DNA of 62,071 bases, the filler included, from Chiloscyllium plagiosum (lineage: Eukaryota), in NCBI RefSeq assembly GCF_004010195.1. It is 5 parts of one record of this genome, joined end to end, with 100 filler letters (N's around TTAATTAATTAA, not from the genome) between each part and the next. Parts side by side here need not be neighbours in the genome. Positions count along the whole stretch, not along the records: positions 1 to 25,261 come from NC_057717.1; 4 more parts are not named here. One strand, written 5' to 3'. Shown one piece after another: positions 1-12,003 of the stretch (positions are counted from its first letter, which is position 1; each line of letters starts with the position of its first letter). Position numbers and translations under genes: made by a program. The notes below the pieces were generated by a model. That model made no database searches, was not told the DNA's origin, and saw nothing but the letters and a program-made list of their open reading frames with translations.

Positions 1-780
1 TGAACTCGGTTCTTCACTTTGTGTTCCAACAATCATCACATTCTCCTTTTGTTTTCTTTTCCTATCAAAAACCTGTTTGATTTGACTCACATCACACATT
101 CTGTGAGATTTCTTATCAAATAGTTTATCTTATCGACATACGTTCGAATAGATAAGACTCACTAAACCTGTTCTTAAAGTTTTACGTACACTGCACATAA
201 CAGCTCCACTTTCTGTTGACTAGAAAAGTTATGAATTCAATTTTCCTGGCTGATTCCTGTTTAATCACATGCTCTGCTACTTTTAAATGCTCTCTAGCCT
301 ACTCAAGATCTCAAGTTAATCATTCACTAACCATTGTCACATCATCGATATATATGGTCACTGAACTCTGACTCATCATTTTTTGTTGAACTAATTCCAT
401 TGGTCCTCTTACCTCATGCCCAGAATCTAATTCATACAGAATTAGGTAGATTCATTTGGTACATTCGTTTATTGCAAACTGTGCAAATGGAATTCCTTAT
501 TATAATCCACTGGAATTTCTTGAGTACAGGCTCTCAACATGGTCTTTGATTTTTTAATCAACCATTCTAATACTCCCTGCAATTCTGGATGGTAAGCAAT
601 GGATTTGAACGGTTTTATTCCACAGCTGTCCATAACTTCAATAAGTAACTTTACTTAACTTTGTGTCTTTGCGGATGGTACGCATTCTGCAAAAAAAGGA
701 GTAACTTTCCAACAATTATTTTAACCGTGATACTATGTAACGAAATAGCTTCTGGATATCTCGTGGACGCACTCATTATC
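1..780 (-). mobile_element. Degenerate Gypsy (Gmr1-like) LTR retrotransposon, integrase core and C-terminal remnant
   Basis: Minus strand near 540-610 reads FKSIAYHPELQGVLEW (integrase SAYHPESQGALER-type motif). Near 60-105 it reads HRMCDVSQIKQVFDR (HVNMLK-type motif). Many stops; resembles the 43600-44230 part of the element at 40540-44560. Confidence 0.75.
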
Positions 781-1129
781 TGACAATGAAGTGTGACCAG
801 GGATATAACCTGACTCGTAACACGCCCCCAACTAATATGTTATAACAAAATAGCAAAATGGAATCAATTCCGTTCACACACTCTACAATTAAGAAGCAGT
901 AAATTATTTTGTATTCTGCTTCAACAGCACAGTTCCTACTTCTATAAATCCACTTGCTATGCAAACAACAAAAAAGTGAGTCTCTGAAAATTCGCACTGG
1001 CTGTGTCTTGTGGAGTGCTCCTATCCACTCTGCTGATTGTGCTATTGGGGATGTTTTCTCTGCAAATCTTCTGTTCTGAATGCCTTCCTCCATCGAATTC
1101 TGGTGTCAGAAATATTTGCGGAACGTGTC

Positions 1130-1960
1130 ATAGAGCCATAGATATGTACAACACGGAAACAGACCCTTCAGCCCAACCCATCCATGCCGATCAGATATCC
1201 CAAACGTATCGAGTCCCACCTGCCAGCTCCCAGCCCATATCCCTCCAATCCCTTCCTATTCTTATCCCCATCCGCATGCCGTTTAAATGTTGAAATTGTA
1301 TCAGACTCCACCATTTCCTCTGGCAGCTCATTCCATACATGCACCACCCTCTGCGTGAAAAGATTGTCCGTTAGGTCTCGATTATATCTTTCCCCTCACT
1401 ATAAATCTATGCCCTCTTGTTCTGGACTCCCCCACCCCAGGGAATAGACCTTGTATATTTATGTCCATGGGGCTTATAATCTTGTAGATATGTATAAGGT
1501 CACCCCTCACCCTCCGACGCTCCAGGGAAAACAGTCCCAGCCTGTTCAGCCTCTACCTACAGTTCAAAATCAGCAACCTTGGAAACATCCTTGTAAATCT
1601 TCTCTGAACCCTTTCAAGGTTCACAGCACATTTCCGATAGGAAGGAGACCAGAATCACACGCAGCATTCAACTACTGGTCTAATCAATGTCTTGTACAGT
1701 CGCAACATAACCTCTCAACTCCTGTACTCAGTACAATGGCCGATAAATGAAAGCATACCAAACGCATTCTTCACTGTCCTTTCGACGTGAGACTCAACTT
1801 TCAAGAAACTATGAATCTGCACTCAAAAGTTGCTTTGTTCAGCATCACTCCCTAGGACATTTCTATTAAGTGTATAAGTCCTGCAAATATTTGTTTTTCC
1901 AAAATGCAGCAGCTTGGATTTATCTGAATTGAACTCCATCTGTCACGCCTCAGCCCAGTC
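1130..1960 (-). mobile_element. 5'-truncated CR1-clade LINE (RT C-terminus and 3' UTR)
   Basis: Begins with the reverse complement of the typical CR1 3' tail (catagagccatagatatgtacaacacggaaacagacccttc), followed by RT C-terminal-like sequence homologous to the other CR1 copies in the window. Confidence 0.8.
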
Positions 1961-2212
1961 ATGTACCATTTATAACTGGATGGTTTTTTTTTTCCTGGGA
2001 GCGTGGAGATGTATTATCTCTTCAGATGTTTGTTGTCTCTCCCCAAGTTTAAAAGTGCTCGCATGACTTATAGCCGTGATTACCTGTAATTTTTTTTTGA
2101 CTATGATATTTTGGTATTTTGGCTTGAGTTTTCCGTACTGTCAATTGATCTTTGCTTGCAATTCATTCGCTACCTTCAACACCTCCTTCTATAATGTACC
2201 GCCACAATCCAC
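1960..2212 (-). mobile_element. Gypsy integrase zinc-finger remnant, probably the upstream part of the 1-780 element
   Basis: Minus strand gives VLKVANEL...LTVRKTQAKI, matching the VLxxAHE...HLGVRKTQAKI integrase zinc-binding region. Confidence 0.55.
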
Positions 2213-2220
2213 TTTGCCGA

Positions 2221-2560
2221 GAGGTGCGAGGGATAACTGAAAGTGTGGTGGGAAGGTGAGTATAACACTGTAAAAAACTTACCTCAGATGTCGAAGCCCC
2301 CATTTGCTGAGTGGCGCGAGGGAGGAGAAAAGGATTGCTGGGAAATTGACTATCACAGTTTGAAAAACGTACCCCAGGGGTCAAGGCCTCCATTTCTCGA
2401 GAGTTGCGAGGGAGGAGCGAAAGACTGCTGGGAACGTGAGTATAACAGTTTAAAAAACACTTAGCTCAGGCGTCGAGGACTTCAATTGGCGAGTGTTTCA
2501 AGGGAGGGACAAAGGACGGCTGCGAAGTTGAGGAAAACGCATTTTTGAACAGAGCAGCGA
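2221..2560 (+). repeat. Diverged tandem array of about 90-bp monomers (about 4 units) in the CR1 5' UTR
   Basis: Motif (g)cgagggagg...gggaa.gtgagtataaca...aaaaaac recurs at about 2221, 2311, 2401 and 2491. Confidence 0.75.
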
Positions 2561-2692
2561 GGAGAGAGGGCGGAGAGAAACGAGGGCTGCCGGGATTTTT
2601 TTCAGTGGGTAAGATAGAAGTCATAGTTGTCAGGTTTCTGGCACTGAGCCTGGCACTGCGGGTCTGACGGGAACGGGGAGAATAGAAAAGCA

Positions 2693-3196
2693 ATGCTGGT
2701 AGGGGACACAATAGTTAGACGGATTGACTGGATATTTTGTGGTCAGAAAAGGGACACCCGGAAGGTGTGCTGCCTCCAAGGTGCCATGGTCTTGGTTGTC
2801 GCCATTCGGTTTTACAGCATTCTGAAGGCGCAGGGTGAGACGCCAGAAATCTTGTTACATATCGGCACAAATGATATAGCCAGGAAAGGGATTGAGGATC
2901 TGAAAAGTGATTACAGAGAGGTAGTTTGGAAGCTGAAGAGCTGGACGAGTAGAGCAGTAATCTCGTGCTTGCTACTGGTGCCAGGAGATAGTGAGGTGAG
3001 GAACAGTCAGAGAATGCAGTTCAACACGTAGCTGCGAGGCTGGTGCAGGAGGGAGGGCTTTTGACACCTCGACGATTGAGATACCTTCAAGGGAATCTGT
3101 GACTTGTACATGAAGGACGGGTTGAACCTGAATAGGAGGGGAATAAATGTACGTGGTGTGAGATTTGCTCGTGTGGTGTGGGAGGGTGATAACTAG
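2693..3196 (+). pseudogene. CR1 ORF1 SGNH/GDSL esterase-like domain, disrupted
   Basis: GDT(S)IVR block I and HIGTNDI block III motifs. A DGLNLNRRG (DGLHLN-like) block follows after stops. Confidence 0.8.
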
Positions 3197-3772
3197 ATGG
3201 CAGGGGTGTGTGAATCAGACTCACTGTCTGAGAGGCGACAGTTGCAGATGGGGCAGTAACAGGATGTAGTGAATCTTTCAGGAAGTTTTCTCACGCGATG
3301 AATCAAAGGGATCGGTTCAAGTGTGTCTGCTTTAACGCAAGGAGCGTCAGAATAAAGAGTGACGAACTTAGAACATGGATCAGTATTTGGCGCTATCATG
3401 TTATGACCATAGCGGAGACGTGCGTTTCACAGGGGCAGGAATGGTTGCTTGAAGTTCCAGGATTTATAACGTTAAAACAAACACAGGGAGAGTGGTAAAA
3501 TATGAGGAATGTCGCATTGCTAATCAGAGAATGCATCTCAGCTACCGAAACAAAGGTTGTTGAGGAAGGTTTGTCTACGGAGTGAGCATGGGCGGAAGTC
3601 AGGAACAGCAAGGGAACAGCCGTGTCATTGGGGTTTTTCTACAGACTTCTAATAGCAGTAGAGATGTTGAAGAACTCATCGTCGGGCGATTTTGGAAAAA
3701 TAAAAATGTAGCAGAGTTGTTGTTATGGGTGATTTAAACATTCTCAATATCGACTGGAACCTCCTTAGAGTA

Positions 3773-3996
3773 AGGTTAAAAGTCACACAACACCAGGTTA
3801 TAGTCCAACAGGTTTAATTGGGAGCACACTAGCTTTCGGAGCGACGATCCTTCATCAGGTGATAGTATCAACTGATGAAGGAGCATCGCTCCGAAAGCTA
3901 GTGTGCTTCCAATTAAACCTGTTGGACTATAACCTGGTGTTGTGTGATTTTTAACTTTGTACACCCCAGTCCAACACCGGCATCTCCAAATCATGA
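3773..3996. mobile_element. Fold-back Penelope-derived insertion with hammerhead cores on both strands, inserted in CR1 ORF2
   Basis: Inverted arms of about 85-90 bp (about 3773-3860 and 3870-3957). 12-bp direct repeat CTCCTTAGAGTA at 3761-3772 and 3997-4008 (TSD). Confidence 0.85.
3872..3912 (+). ncRNA. Putative minimal hammerhead ribozyme core
   Basis: CTGATGA (3872-3878), stem II GGAGC-ATC-GCTCC, GAAA (3893-3896), then GC-TAGTGT-GC-TTC as a possible short stem III. Stem I pairing is not clearly resolved. Confidence 0.55.
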
Positions 3997-5849
3997 CTCC
4001 TTAGAGTAGACAGTTTGAATGGAGCCGGTTTTTGTCTGGTGTGTTCAGTAGGGTTTCCTTAATCAGTATGTAGACAGATCGACGAGGAGAGAGGACTATT
4101 TGAATGTGGTGCTCGGCAATGAGCCAGGGCACGTGTAGAATCTCACGTTGGGAGACGCTTTGGTGTCAGTGACTACAACTTCCTCACATTTACCATAACC
4201 TTGGAGAGGGAAAGGAACAGTTACCGAGGGAAGATACTGAATTAGGGAAAAGGTAATTATGACGATATCAGACAGGACTTGAGAAGTACAGACTGGGAGC
4301 CATTGTTCGACAGAAAGGGCACAACAGACATATGGAGACTGTTTAAGGAGCAGTTGCTGCATGTGATGCACGAATTTGTTCTTCAGAGACAGGTAAAAAG
4401 GGGTACGATTAAGGAACCTTGGATGACGAGAACAGAGGAACTTCTCGTCAAAGGAAGAAGGCAGCTTACGTAAGGTGGAGGAAGCAATGATTTAGCACAG
4501 CTGTAGGATATTACAGGCTTGCGAGAATGGAGCTGAGAAATGGACTGAGGAGAGCCAGGAGGCGCTACGAAAAATGCACGAAAAGGGATGAGGGAGAACC
4601 CAAAGGTATGTTTGTCATACGTCAGGAATAAAATAATCATCAGAGAGAATGTAGGGCCGATCCGCGGCACCATAGGGAACTTGTGCGTGGATAGGGGAAG
4701 CAGGTGACGATGGTTTTTCTTCGCTTCGGTTTCCACGAAGGAAACGGATCATGTTGTGTAAGAGAACTTTGAGGAGCTGGGGTGTAGGTTTGAACACATT
4801 AAGATTGATGAAGTTGATGTACTGGAAATTTTGGCAAACATTCAGATTGATAAGCCCACAGGGCCACACCAGATTTATTCTAGTGTGCGCCAGGAAGCGA
4901 GAAAAGAGATTGCTAAGCCGTTGACAAAAATCTTTGCCTTCTCACTCTCCACGGGACTCGCATCAGCGGATTGGAAGGAGGCGAAAGTTGTTCTCCTTCT
5001 CCAGAAGGAGGATATGGAAATTCCTGGGAACTACACACCAGTTAGTCTTAGGTCTGTTGTCAGCAAAGTTTTAGAAACCAATCTGATGGATAGGATTTAT
5101 GACTGTTTGGCAAAGCATAGCGTGATTACAGGCAGTCAGCATGGCTTTGGGAGTGGCAGGCCATGCGTCTCAAATTTAAATGAGTTCTTTAAGGAGGTGA
5201 AAATCAGATCGACGAAGGTAGAGCAGTGGATGTGGTGTATATGGACTTCAGCAAGTCATTTATTATGGTTCCCCATGGTAGGCTCATTCATAAAGTCAGG
5301 AAGTATGTGATAAGAGGAGATTTGGTCTCTGGATTCAGAATTGGTTGGCTGACAGAAGGCAAAGAGTGGTCGTAGATGGAAAGTATTCTGCCTGGAGATC
5401 AGTGTTGAGTGGGGTACCGCAGGGCTCTGTTCTTGGGCATCTGCTCTTTGAAGTTTTTACAAATGTCTTGGTTGAGGAGGTTGAGAAGTGGGTAATTAAA
5501 TTTGCAGATGCAACAAAGGTTTGAGGTGCCGCTGATAGTATCGAGGGCAATTGCAGGCTGCAGCATGACAGACAGGATGAAGAGCTTGGCTGAGAAACGG
5601 CAAATGGAGTTCAACCTGGAAAAATGCGAAGTGCTCCATTTTGGAAGTTCGAACTGGAATGCTGAATATCGGATTAAATATAGTGACATGAGGGACATTT
5701 AATCGACTTCTAGGTATGCACATGGATCGTAGTGAATTGAGGGGTTCGGAGGTGAAGTTATTTTAGGTTACATTACGATTAATCCTCTGCACAACGTCAT
5801 GGACCAAAGGGTCTGTTCTGTGTTGTACATTTCTTTGTTCTATATTCTG

Positions 5850-6460
5850 CCGATTTCTGAATTACCAGAATGTGTGATGCTCAATATTGGTATGTGTTAA
5901 ATCTTATCTATACATTGTCCATTAAACTCATAATAACACGTCTGCTATTACAGACGTACAAAGCACAACACGTACTATTTGCAAACTAAAAGTTTGTACT
6001 GGAAGACTCCAACGAAATATTCTCATACATTGCCTCTAAATCGTTCCAAAAATGTAGAAGGACTGTCATCCATGTAAACAACCGTCTCTGACACGTTGTT
6101 TGTCAAATGCACATTAAAATGTTGGAAGACCAGTACCAAGCACAACAATTCCTATTTTATCCGGTTGTTGTTAACTTACTTGGAAAAGTAACCAACCGGC
6201 CGTCCAATTCGATCATCATCTCCCTGAAGCACTATAAATCGAACTCCAATGTCGGCAGCATAAATTTCTAATTTGAAGAATTTCAATTGGTGTGCCTAAA
6301 ATTGGTGCAGTTTTCAACACTCCTTTTAAATTGTCAAATGATTCATGGCATTGTTCTGTCCACTGAAATTTTGACTCCTTCTTCAGCAAATCTGTTAACA
6401 GTGTCACGATGCTGCTGATGTTTGGAACAACTTTCTAGTAGAATCCTCTCAATCCTAAGA
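5850..6460 (-). mobile_element. Gypsy RT connection/RNase H remnant (paralog about 27370-27970)
   Basis: ORF 6216-6407 reads LTDLLKKESKFQWTEQCHESFDNLKGVLKTAPIL, the standard Gypsy RT-RNase H linker. Confidence 0.8.
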
Positions 6461-6964
6461 TTTGAAGCACCGCTTTCTTCGAACATGATCAGTTTCGAGG
6501 GAATGAGTGGCCTCCTCCCTTTACAATGTAAGAGACTCGAGAGGCTAAATGTCCTCCCAATTTTACAACGTAAGAGACTTTCGAGGCTGAAGGGTCTCCC
6601 CTGTTTCTCTCTTAGAGACCCATCTAGTTGCTGATGGAGCTCCTTCAGTGATAGAGTTATTGAAATGTACAGCACGGAAACAGATCCACTTCTCCAAAGC
6701 ATCCATGTCAAACAGACATCCTAAATTACTTTCCACCCATTTGTCAGTATTTGGCTCATGCTTCCTCATCCCTTCCCACTCATGTACTCATCCATTTGCC
6801 CTTCTAATTGTAATTGTACTTTCTATTTTGGCTTGTCATTTCTGTCAATATATGTGCAATCCTCTGCGCGAAACTGTTGTCCCTCTTTTTCTTTATGTTC
6901 AACCTACACACTCTACTTTTCAAGATCCTCTCTGGTAAAAGGGATTTTGCATTTACTATGTCAT

Positions 6965-7062
6965 AACTCTGTGATCTGCCTGTATTGCTGGCAAGACAAA
7001 GCTTTTCACTGTGCCTCAGTACACGTGACAATAAATTCAATTCAATTCAAGTCAGTTCAATT
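6965..7062 (+). mobile_element. L2-like LINE 3' end with short (TTCAA)n tail (paralog about 28507-28605)
   Basis: acaaagcttttcactgtgcctcagtacacgtgacaataaa followed by ttcaa repeats. Confidence 0.55.
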
Positions 7063-7399
7063 AAATTTCGTCCTATCCATGCACTTCATGATTTTCTACA
7101 CTCGATACCTTCAAACATCAGGTTCAGATTCTCCAGGAAAAACCCCAACCACTTCAGCCTTCAACTAAAGCAACAGACTTCCAAATCTTTTATGAACTCT
7201 TCCAAATTTAGCAGCATCTTTCCCATAGCAGAGAGATTAGAATTGAGCGCAGTATTCCGAGACGGCTTAATTAATGCCCTGTACAGAAGTAACATGTAGC
7301 CCCAATGCCCATATTCAAAGCATTGACCAATAAAGGCGTCCCAAATGCCTTCTGTATTAAATTGCCCGCCCTGACTCTACGTGCAACGAACCTACACTC

Positions 7400-7700
7400 T
7401 TGTGGAATGGCTTCTCACTGTGATCCCCTGCTGCCTCACAACGTATGGGATCTGGGTTTGATTCCACCCAGGATGAATGTTTATTTGGAGTTTGCAGATT
7501 CACACTGTTTCTGCGTCGTTTCTCCCAGGGCTCCATAATCCTTACAGAGTCCAAATATATGCAGGCTTGGTGGAATAGAAATGGGGATTGTAGGGCTATG
7601 GGAACAGAATAGAGGTGTGTCTATTGGGATGTTCTTTTGAAGGTTGATATGGGCCTCATAGGCCGAATGGCAGTTTCTTCATCAGGGATGCTGTGACTTC
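7400..7700 (+). mobile_element. Degenerate tRNA-derived V-SINE/HE1-like SINE (paralog about 28945-29245)
   Basis: ctgctgcctcaca...gggtttgattcc (B-box-like), then a ggagtttgca...tgcaggctt V-domain. Confidence 0.65.
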
Positions 7701-9532
7701 GATGATGAACTCTTTGTTGGCATCACTCCCCAAGTGCCTACCATTAATTGCCGAACTCCTGCGCTGATTTGCCTTATCAATTTGCTGCACCTCCCATATG
7801 TCTAAGCTAAACCCTATGTGCCACCCCTGAGCCCATTAGCCCTTCTAATTAATACCCTTTGTCCTCTAAGATAATTCCTTCAAAAATTATATTTATAGAG
7901 AGTTAGATAGATTACAAGAGTGAACACATACATTGTTCGTGGTGTTCAACACCAAAGAGGTTTGGTGTTGACTGCAAAGTTACCAGCTATTCCTCCAATA
8001 TTCAAATCCAAATCAGCATTATAAAATGCAAAATACAGTAAAAACTGCCCCACTGCTGGTCACAGGCCTTCATTCCGTTTTGAAGAACACTCCATCATCA
8101 TGATCTGGCTCCTGTCTTTAAGCAGATTTTGTGTCGAAAAAGCTAGCTGTCCCTCGATTCCATGTCACCTAAACTTGCTAATTGGGTCGTTTTGTGAGGG
8201 ATCGTTTTTTTGTAAAATTTAAATGGCTAGTCTTAGTTTAACTTCAATGGTGTTGGTAAGATTGCACCTTGGAGTATTGTGTACTGTCTTGATCCCATAC
8301 TTTAGAGAGGACATGCCAGTATTGGAGGCGATTTAATAGAGATTGACGAGGCTGATTCGTGAAATGACAGTTCAAAATATTCAAGAGTTGCAGGTTAATT
8401 TTTTATGCTTTTAAATGTTGGAATAATATCGGATGATAGATTTCCTAGTTATAACTCAGAGGGGGCTTGAAGGTTAGGTGTTAAGAAGATGCTTCCACTT
8501 GTGTTTGATTCTCGAAATAGGGGAGTAAATCAAAAACAATTTAGCGGCCACTAATTGAAAACCAAGATGTACAGATATTGCATCTCTCAGATGTTAATAA
8601 ACATTTGGACTTCTGTACCTCAGGGATTTGTGGTGGCTGGATCACTGGGACTATTCAAAGAGAAGGTGGATACCATTCTGAAATATCAAAGATGCATTAC
8701 ATAGAACATAGAACAGTACAAGTCAGTACAAAACAGTCCTTCAGCACCTGACGTTGTGCAGACAATCAAGATCAGACAGAAAAGAGAAGTTGAGGTCTGT
8801 GGTAGATCAGTCTTCGTTTTATTGAATATTGGTGCAGATCTGAGGGGCTGAATGGTCTCCTCCTGTTAGGTAAACGCCTCATCCGTCTTTGGCTCAGGTT
8901 TTGCGCAATTGTTCTCCGTAAAGCACCTTGCAAAGTTTTACTGTGTTGAACATGTTATGCCAAAAGACGTTGGTGCTGGCCATGGTAAATCAGTTCAATT
9001 TTCATTCGGAGACATCGATGTTTTCCTTATTCAGGTCGAACTTCTTCAACCCTCGTCTATTCTGAACTTTGCAGTCGCAATCCATTTCAATCTCGAATAT
9101 GCCCAATTGTACTCCTAACACAGTTATTAGAGTAATCAGAAGTGATTTATGTTTACTTTTCAGACAGCTCTGCGCTGTCCGATCCAATACTTGTGTCAGT
9201 AAACGCTCAGTTTGCAAGGTTTGTGCCCCACACATAATGTTGAAGACTTGTTCCGTTGGAGTTCCAGTATGGAGACAGGTGACTTTACCACCCTTGGTCT
9301 GTAATGCTGCTTATGTTCTACATAATACGCCACCGACTCACGTGATCAAAAACTAATAGCATTTTGCATTTTTATCCTTCAAACATTTGCAGAGTTTCTC
9401 TGTCCGATGTATATCTCATTACATACATGAAGAAAGCTCTTTGGCCCATTATACTATTGCGAGCTGTTGACATGTAAAGTCTGCTCCATGTAATGGCAAT
9501 GTCCAATTTTGGGCTATTAGGTGTCCACATTG

Positions 9533-9622
9533 CTGATGAAGGGCTGATGTCAAAATGTCAATTCCTGCTCCTCAAATGCTGCCTGACCTGCTGTGCCTTC
9601 CCAGTACCACACTTTCGATTCC
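9533..9622 (+). mobile_element. Short Penelope-type terminal-repeat fragment with decayed hammerhead core (paralog about 31736-31825)
   Basis: ctgatgaagggctgatgtcaaaatgtc...atgctgcctgacctgctgtg; same family as 20561-20650. Confidence 0.55.
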
Positions 9623-10112
9623 CTTTTTCTGTCTATTCAACTCATCAAAATCTTTCTTGCGATTTCTCAGCTAACTTTAATAATGACTGCCAAAGCATTA
9701 GTAACACCTACTCCCCCATAAGTTGAAAACATCTTGCCTACATTTGTCTGGCCAATAGTCTTGTTTATTTCAAAGTGCATTATTCAGTCGCCTCTCCATT
9801 TTCTCTTTTCTTGAGGAAAGTCTGTCAAGTTTGCTCATTTGTGCAAAGTTAAAAATTCACAGTTTTGAGTATCATTCTTTAAAACCTTCTTTGCAACTCC
9901 TGTAATATTCTCATGTGCAATCCACAGATTGGACCGATGCACAGTACACCCAGAAAGGTCTGACAGTTGGAAAATAGGAAAGAGCCTGCTGCACAGTAAA
10001 CGTGATATCCAAATTGGAACATTCCCTTGTTCGTTCTTTTCACACATGCAGTCAGCTGTGCATCCCTCATAACTTCACTATTGGTGCTGGTTTGCTGAAG
10101 TTGGGCTGTATT

Positions 10113-10878
10113 CAAAGTTTGTGCGAAGATTTGTAGCTCGGGTGCTCGTTGTTGTGGTTCTGTTCGCCGAGCTGGAAGTTTTTGTTGCAAACGTTTCGTC
10201 CCCTGGCTAGGCGACATCATCAGTGCTTGGGAGCCTCCTGCGAAGCGCTTCTTTGATGTTTCCTCCGGTGTTTATAGTGGTCTGTCCCTGCCGCTTCCGG
10301 TTGTCAGTTTCAGCTGTCCGCTGTAGTGGTTGGTATATTGGGTCCAGGTCGATGTGTTTGTTGATAGAGTTTGTGGATGAATGCCATCCACATTCATGAG
10401 CATGAGCAAAACTGATGTAGTGTACAAAATACCATGCAAGGACTGCACAAAACACTATATTGGACAAACAGGAAGACAACTAACAATCCGCATACACGAA
10501 CATCAACTAGCCACGAAACTACACGACCAGCTATCCTTGGTAGCCACACACGCAGACAACAAGCAACATGAATTCGACTGGGACAACACTACTATTATAG
10601 GGCAAGCCAGACAGAGAACAGCTAGGGAATTCCTAGAGGCATGACATTCATCCACAAACTCCATCAACAAACACATCGACCTGGACCCAATATACCAACC
10701 ACTACAGCGGACAGCTGAACCTGACAACCGGAGGCGGCAGGGACAGACCACTATAAACACCGGAGGAAACAGCAAAGAAGCGCTTCACAGGAGGCTCCCA
10801 AGCACTGATGATGTCGCCTAGCCAGGGGACGAAACATTTGCAACAAAAACTTCCAGCTCGGCGAACAGAACCACAACA
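10113..10878 (+). mobile_element. 5'-truncated Penelope-like element: inverted terminal repeat, GIY-YIG endonuclease C-terminus, terminal repeat
   Basis: ORF 10381-10644 reads VVYKIPCKDCTKHYIGQTGRQLTIRIHEH (GIY-YIG). Inverted arms about 10150-10385 and 10638-10878. 12-bp TSD TTGGGCTGTATT at 10101-10112 and 10879-10890. Empty site in the paralog at 32305-32316. Confidence 0.95.
10805..10845 (+). ncRNA. Putative hammerhead ribozyme core in the Penelope terminal repeat (mirror copy on minus strand at about 10185-10223)
   Basis: CTGATGA (10805-10811), T-GTC[GCCTAGCCAGGG]GAC stem II, GAAAC (10831-10835). Confidence 0.6.
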
Positions 10879-12003
10879 TTGGGCTGTATTGCTTGAGGAA
10901 GCGAAAGTTTAGAGGAAATTTGGTGGAGAACCTCAAAATCGTGAGGGGCCTGGACGAAGTAGATAAGGAGGAGTGGATCTCAATTGACGGAGGATTCGAG
11001 AACAAAATACCACTGAATTCGAACAAAAGTGGCGAAAGAAGCAATGGGGACACTAGGAAACGTGTTATCTTGGAGCAAGCGGTTAATATTTAGAATGCTC
11101 TGCTGAAGCGTGCAATGGAAGAAGATTCATTCGAGCAAGTAAGGATAATGGCATGAAAGGGAAGCTTATGCAGGAATATTGACAGTGTGAGCAGGTGAAT
11201 TGCTTATTAAGACAACCAGCAAAGAAAAGAAACGATTAATTCAGGTCAACTCACATCCTGTAACACTCTGCCATATGCCTGAGGAAGAAAATCGAAGGGG
11301 TCTCTTTAAGGAACTGATAACAGAACAAATTATATTTTGCTGGAATTCTGGAGTTTGTGGGGTGCTAACGTGGTACCGTGAAAATGAATTCAGAATTTAT
11401 TATATGACAGCTTTGCTTGCTTTCATGAATTTGTCAGAAGATTTCCATCATCCTTTAAACTGTGAATGAGCCACCGCTGCTGAAACTTATACTTGCAATA
11501 TTGTTTTCAAGAAGAGAATTGATACTTTGCCGTTGGGAAACAGAATTTGCTGACTGCCTCTTTTCTAGACTTTCAAGTGTTTCCTGGTGAATTGATGCCT
11601 AAGACCATTCTGAAATATTCAAGATAGTTAAGGAAGTTAACCGTGTAAATGGAAAGTGGTTGTTTCCCCTCATAGGAGAGTCTGGTACCAGATGGCAGAA
11701 TATCCGAATATGGAGTCATATATTTATGGCAAAATGAGAGGGGTATCCATTTTTCCTATCAAAGGGTAGTGAACATGTTTAGAGCATTGCTTAGTTCACT
11801 TAGCTCGATGGATAATTTGTAATGCAGAGGGATGTCAAAAGCATGGCGTCAATGCTCTTGCTGCCTGGGGTTGCCATTCAGGATGATCCATCTCAACGTC
11901 TCTCATTGCCTGATGCGTGATGTCTCTCAGTTTATACCAGCACCAGTCATCTCTCCATCTTGTGAGACCAGCCCTATGTCCGGCAGGACCAAGACAACAT
12001 TAA

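Larger units (their letters stand above)
2215..5848 (+). mobile_element. Near full-length, decayed CR1 LINE (5' UTR repeats, ORF1 esterase, ORF2 APE endonuclease-RT, 3' tail)
   Basis: ORF1 LVGDTIVR...LHIGTNDI (2693-3031). ORF2 CFNARSV...IAET (about 3320-3420), PTGPHQIY/PGNYTPVSL/SQHGF (4831-5310), SGVPQGSVLG (about 5408) and KFADA (about 5500, decayed FADD). 3' tail ttctttgttctatattct at about 5830-5848. Frameshifts, stops and an internal deletion near 5690. Confidence 0.9.

Noticed and set aside
1003..1293. Signal-peptide-like ORF MSCGVLLSTLLIVLLGMF as GPCR exon 1 or a secreted peptide
   Set aside because: Non-ATG start, runs into an antisense CR1 tail, and has no GPCR TM1 motif or clear splice donor.
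2221..2560. Regularly spaced repeats as a possible CRISPR array
   Set aside because: The units are diverged along their whole length with no repeat-spacer structure, no cas genes are present, and the context is vertebrate.
1..6460. Integrase (1-2212) and RT/RNase H (5850-6460) as one Gypsy element split by the CR1
   Set aside because: The integrase piece resembles the Gmr1-type element, in which RT follows integrase, so the order on the minus strand does not fit a single copy. Treated as separate remnants.
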